A stretch of 64,000 nt of DNA from Octopus vulgaris (taxonomy: Eukaryota), in NCBI GenBank assembly GCA_951406725.2, contig OX597820.1, positions 43,090,001-43,154,000 on the forward strand, given 5' to 3'. How positions within the stretch are numbered: position 1 is the stretch's first letter; each line of letters begins with the position of its first letter. The notes under the pieces were generated by a model. The model was not told the DNA's origin and made no database searches. It saw nothing but the letters and a program-made list of their open reading frames with translations. The position numbers were made by a program, and so were the translations under genes. Shown piece after piece: positions 56,953-64,000 of the stretch.

Positions 56953-57409
56953 ATGGCTACCGAATAATTGTCACATATTACATTTACAGTTATATATATA
57001 TATATATATATGCAAATATGAATGCATGTATATATGTGTGAGTGTGTTTGTGTGTGTGTGCACGCGCGCATATTAATATATATATATATATACTTATGTC
57101 TTATAGTCTATATATTTGTGTGCTTACATGCATAATGGTATCTGTTAAAATATTGTATTTTCGCATTAAACCAATTATTACTTTGCACAAAAACAATACT
57201 TTATGTCGTAACCGTGAGATTTTGAAGTATTTATTCCTCCAGTTACATCATATATAATAGATTGTAGGAAATATGCTGTTCTACAATAAGATGTGACTCA
57301 AGAAAATATGAGAAAAGTAATATATGAGTGTATGTGTGTTTATGTATGAATGCATATACATATATGCATGTTTGTGCATATATGTGTGTCTGTGCATGAG
57401 TATGTATGC

Positions 57410-57463
<54 letters not shown>

Positions 57464-57485
57464 ATGCCTGCATTCATGTATGTGG

Positions 57486-57529
<44 letters not shown>

Positions 57530-58258
57530 GAGTGTGTGTATGTATGTATGTACGTGTGTGTATATGTATGCATTTTGTTCTATGTACGCATGTGTAAATG
57601 AACGCATTCTGTTAAGCATACATCCACAAGCATTCCAGTATTGGTGGGAATATGTATTTATTAATAAAACTATTTAAAACGTTCTCCAAATATTTCATCT
57701 CGGACTAACTGAAGTTTATTTGTTTACAATTATTCTTCAGTTTAATTTTTCTTTCTTGTATTTTTCCTTCAATATTTGTTCCTTTCTGTCATTTCGTTAT
57801 TCCTTTCTTTCCGTTTATATTCGTTTCTGTTATTCTTTTTGTCATTATATTACATTCAGAAATTCTATTTTTCTTTGATGGTTTGTTTCTTCGAAATTTG
57901 CAATCAGAGACCGAAAGAAAGTATATTGTTCTTGAAGCAAAATTGATCTTAAACAAAGATTAGAAGTGCAATAATATCTCCTATGCAGAATTACTTTCGT
58001 TCATCTAAGCAATTTTTTCTTTGCCTCTTAAATATATTAAGTTTTATTGTCTCTTTTGTCAATTTTTACTCTTTATTATTCATGTTGATATTGATGATTA
58101 CAATTATACTTATTTTTCTTACATTTTTAATATTTTATTAGTTTCATATCATCATCAACATTATCACCATCATCATCATCATTATCATCATCATCATCAT
58201 CATCATCATCATTATCATCATTATCATCATCATCATCATTTCCTTCATCATCATCATT

Positions 58259-58291
<33 letters not shown>

Positions 58292-58436
58292 GTCGTCGTC
58301 GTCGTCGTCATCATCATCAGTAGTAGTAATAGTAGTTGTAGTTGTAGTAGTAGTAGCAATAGTAGTAGTTGTAGTAGTAGTAGTAATAGTAGTAGTTGTA
58401 GTAGTAGTAGTAGTAGTAGTAGTAGTAATAGTAGTT

Positions 58437-58482
<46 letters not shown>

Positions 58483-59181
58483 CGGTGGTGTTGGTTGTGG
58501 TGGTAAGAGTAGTAGTAGCAGCAGCAGCAACTGTTGTTTTTGTTGTTGCTTCTGGTGATAATGGTAATGGGTGCTGTTCGTGTTGTTGATATTGTTGATG
58601 TCATTTTATATGTATTATCGAAACTAGAACGAATTTATATTTAAAATACAACACCGCACACGCAACATAAAACTGAAGGTATAAAAATATTACAAAAATT
58701 ATAGCAAAATATTTAATGGCAATAAAATAAATATTAAGATTTATAATGATGATACTGAGGATGATAATGATGATGAAGATGGGTTTGTTCTTGACGAGGT
58801 AGAAAAGGGAGACGAAGACAAAGAAGGGGATATCTTTTATTGGCATACACACCTATATTTGTTAATGGGGAGCAAAGTCGAGTGAATAAATTAACTAAAT
58901 TTCTAATACTAATGAAAATAAAATTAGGAAATCTACAAGAAGAACAATCATAATCATAATAGCTTTTCTAATATTGTCACAAGGCCAATATTTGCTGTTG
59001 GCGGAATTTTGATGGGCACCATCAACTTCGATGCGGAGGAATAAAAATGTTAGTCGAAAGTGTGATTTGAAATCATGACTTCAAACAACTTTCAGAAATA
59101 CAGCAAATAATTTGCCACCGGCGAAACGATTTTACCCCACCACCGCCCTCTTATATATGTGAATACATCTGTGTGTGTATG

Positions 59182-59245
<64 letters not shown>

Positions 59246-59325
59246 TGTTCAGCAAATAATTTTGCCAACGCTCTAATGATTTTACCCCACCACGGCCCTC
59301 TCATGTATATATATATATATATATT

Positions 59326-59396
<71 letters not shown>

Positions 59397-59426
59397 GCGA
59401 GAAAGAAGCAACAAGAATGGATAGGT

Positions 59427-59517
59427 TTTTAGTACAATCGTTTCATACAAGGACAGGCTTTATTAAAAGTTGCAAAAATTACAGCATATAAATGTGTCCC
59501 GTACTCATCAGCTAAAA
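59427..59517 (-). ncRNA. Type I hammerhead ribozyme (left arm)
   Basis: Reverse complement of 59656-59746. Confidence 0.8.
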
Positions 59518-59655
59518 TACATGTGAGTTCTCTAGACATCCTATTGGTTGAGGCTATACTCATGAACTTTGGAAATCTGTTTATGTTACTTAATTATCTA
59601 CATTACTTCATGAGTATAGCCTCAACCAATAGGATGTCTAGAGAACTCACATGTA

Positions 59656-59746
59656 TTTTAGCTGATGAGTACGGGACACGTTTATATGCTGTAATTTTTG
59701 CAACTTTTAATAAAGCCTGTCCTTGTATGAAACGATTGTACTAAAA
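59656..59746 (+). ncRNA. Type I hammerhead ribozyme (right arm)
   Basis: UUUUAG-CUGAUGA-GUACGGGACA...UGUCCUUGUAU-GAAAC-GAUU-GUA-CUAAAA; 6-bp stem I, GUA cleavage site. Confidence 0.82.
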
Positions 59747-59893
59747 ACCTATCCATTCTTGTTGCTTCTTTCTCGCTTATAATCACCCCACATTACTGTA
59801 TTGTTAAAACAGTATGGTTTTTTTTGGTGCATCTAAGTTAGGTACCATATTCAAGTAAATTCATTTAAATTAACTTGAATCTTCATTGCTTTT

Positions 59894-59983
<90 letters not shown>

Positions 59984-60015
59984 TATATGTGTGTGTGTAT
60001 GTGTGTATACAGATT

Positions 60016-60060
<45 letters not shown>

Positions 60061-60387
60061 TGCAGTTATATTCATTCACATACACGTACACGAGTAAATT
60101 AATAAGTCAGTTTAATAAACACATAATTAGAATATGCTATAAAAATAAAGCATGATACATGTCTACCTAAGATGAGTTAGGGCACTCAACTCTACTATTC
60201 AGTTGTCTATGTATCATGCTGTGTTCGAATTAAGCCATATGCACTTATGAATATTTTAAACCCTTTTGGTATCGAGAAATGCCAAGCATTGTTTACGAAG
60301 TTACTGTAATGCCTTAATTCTAGTATTATTGTATTTTCTGCCTCTTGTTTGTAACCTGAATGAAAATGTATTTTCCTATCCGAAGTT

Positions 60388-60401
60388 CATGGTATCAGAG
60401 C
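60388..60401 (+). other. LTR end (CA) plus tRNA-iMet primer-binding site of an LTR retrotransposon remnant
   Basis: ...gttCA TGGTATCAGAGC, the canonical iMet PBS. Confidence 0.6.
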
Positions 60402-60690
60402 TGCGTAAATGATGCTTGTTTCATATTCGAAATACCTTGAGTTTTTCGTTATTTTCATTTCTTTTTGTTGTTTTCTTGCGGAATGATTTCGTCTAAATTT
60501 GGAAGAAATCGCCCTATCCGTCAAAGACCTGACCGTAGTTTTGTTTCCGTGTCGCGTCTCCACCGTTCGAGCCCTTTGGACAGCTTTAGTTTCTTCCTTT
60601 TTGAGTGCAAACTTCGTATTTCTCCTCGAAGAATTGATCAAGGATCATTCTCAACGCTTAGTAATAATAATATGCTTTGATGCAGTCATA

Positions 60691-60935
60691 TGCCCTGATG
60701 CAGTATCAGGCAGTAGCTCTCGTGGCTTCTGATCTTATCTGATTAGAAGTGTTATCATCTACATTGTTTTGTCTTGGTATAAAAGGTGGGCTACAGTAAA
60801 TATTTTGCCCAGTACAACAGATTTGCTGGTCAGTTGTTTGACCTTAACCAGTTGAGCTTGTACCTTAATGGCTGATGATATGTGCATCTCTCATCCCGTG
60901 CAGAATTAGTGGCTGAGCATCATAGCCATATGTCT
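60691..60935 (+). mobile_element. Partial copy of the 24142-24696 retroposon
   Basis: gccctgatgcagtatcaggcagt...ggcttctgatctta.ctgatt.gaagtgttatc. Confidence 0.75.
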
Positions 60936-61012
60936 CTGCGAGTGATTGTAACAAACATGCAGATTAAAAGGAAATAATAATAATAATAATAACAACAACA
61001 ACTACAATAATA

Positions 61013-62872
<1,860 letters not shown>

Positions 62873-62964
62873 AATAATAATAATAATGATGATGATGATG
62901 ATGATGATGATGAAGACGACGGCGACGATGATGATAATATTAATAATAGTAAATTAAGAAAAAA

Positions 62965-63141
62965 TGACGTTGAAATAGAGGTCTTAAATATGTATCTGCA
63001 ATCATCAGGGCATTGGAAACAATAGCAAAATGCGCTCTTAAATACTATGTTCAAATATCAGGAAGTACTAAGTCATCACAATTAAAAAACATTGTGCTCA
63101 TGAATACTGCCCATACCCTTAAGAAGACAATATCAACTTGA
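62965..63141 (+). mobile_element. Short REL C-terminal fragment of another R4/Dong-like copy
   Basis: IIRALETI...LKNIVLMNTAHTLKKTIST* parallels IALLGTAHILRRTLSIQ*. Confidence 0.5.
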
Positions 63142-64000
63142 AAACGCTTGATTCTCTTAAAACTCCATCAAAACTGAAATATAAATCGAACAGAAGCTTA
63201 ATTCTCAGATTCTTACATCTTTCACATTCACTAGATCATCGCTATTCATAAACAACATCAAGTGTAAGACGCTCGACTTGATTTTACTTGAGGCCTCTGT
63301 GAGAAACTAGTAACAGCTCGTATAAAACAAAGCAGTAATAACGTAAATAATAACTTGGTAAGCCACAAAAAGTCCAAAAGATACTGGAGAAAGTAAAATT
63401 ACAAAGATACGTAGATCCCATAACAAAATAACTATAGCGAAAACAAGAGAACCGCAACAAACAGATTTCCAGAACGGGAAGTTTAACTGTTTCAAGTTCA
63501 GAGGCCAGCAGCATTTTCTGGTATTTGTCGCTTTTTCTAAGGCTATTCTCTCTATATTATTTTCCTATCCTTTTCTTTTCTTCTCCCACGCTTGTAGCAA
63601 TTGAAAATTCTCATAAACACTACTAGCCACATCAACTTCTTTCTACCCGGCTTCTCTACATCTTAAGTTTCACTGTTCATATTTCTGCACCAAATACCAA
63701 GCATATTTCTAGAAAAGCTATCCATACTCACTCGTCCTGATCATATACTCTTCTATTTCATTTTGGCAACAACGACCCGCAGATATTCATATTGCATTTC
63801 CAATGAGACACTCACTTAATGTTAAAATAATGACACTTAACCATCAGTCAACTTAACCATCAGTCCATCTTGTGAGGTCCATTTGTATATATTGGTGGGT
63901 TTCACAGCTTCAACTTGTCTCTTGGCTGTCTCCACCCTACCACAAACCCCGGCAAGACATACATCAGTTGACCTAGCTAAATAGACAAAATACTGTACAA

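Larger units (their letters stand above)
56704..56990. mobile_element. PLE pseudo-LTR fold-back: ~100-bp inverted arms (56772-56873 / 56887-56989) plus 65-bp tail, in (TA)n
   Basis: Arms are reverse complements; sequence matches 12559-12630 and 12966-13080. Confidence 0.85.
59397..59893. mobile_element. Fold-back element: 170-bp inverted arms (59397-59566 / 59607-59776), 40-bp spacer, ~115-bp tail, in (TA)n
   Basis: Arms are reverse complements with a single mismatch (tataaatgtg vs tataaacgtg); each carries a hammerhead. Confidence 0.88.

Overview
AT-rich, microsatellite-saturated eukaryotic non-coding DNA, most likely from an octopus (inferred from the SINE families and repeat landscape). 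I cannot support any host protein-coding exon, and almost all listed ORFs are translated microsatellites. The window is a patchwork of mobile elements: a stack of R4/Dong-type restriction-like-endonuclease (REL) LINEs inserted into (AAT)n tracts (19.1-24.7 kb and 60.7-63.1 kb), an RTE LINE 3' end, a Tx1/L1-like relic, Gypsy fragments, one Tc1 and two mariner relics, non-autonomous Helitrons and tRNA-derived SINEs. The most notable signal is a set of fold-back elements inserted in (TA)n tracts (13.8-15.7 kb, 56.7-57.0 kb, 59.4-59.9 kb, and a degenerate one at 38.1 kb). They are unrelated in sequence but share one design: inverted arms that each carry a type I hammerhead ribozyme, so there is a ribozyme on both strands. 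Two of them are linked to Penelope-like (PLE) coding remnants. A circularly permuted ~520 bp mini-PLE with a hammerhead sits at 12.56-13.08 kb. All structures were read by eye, without folding software or database searches.
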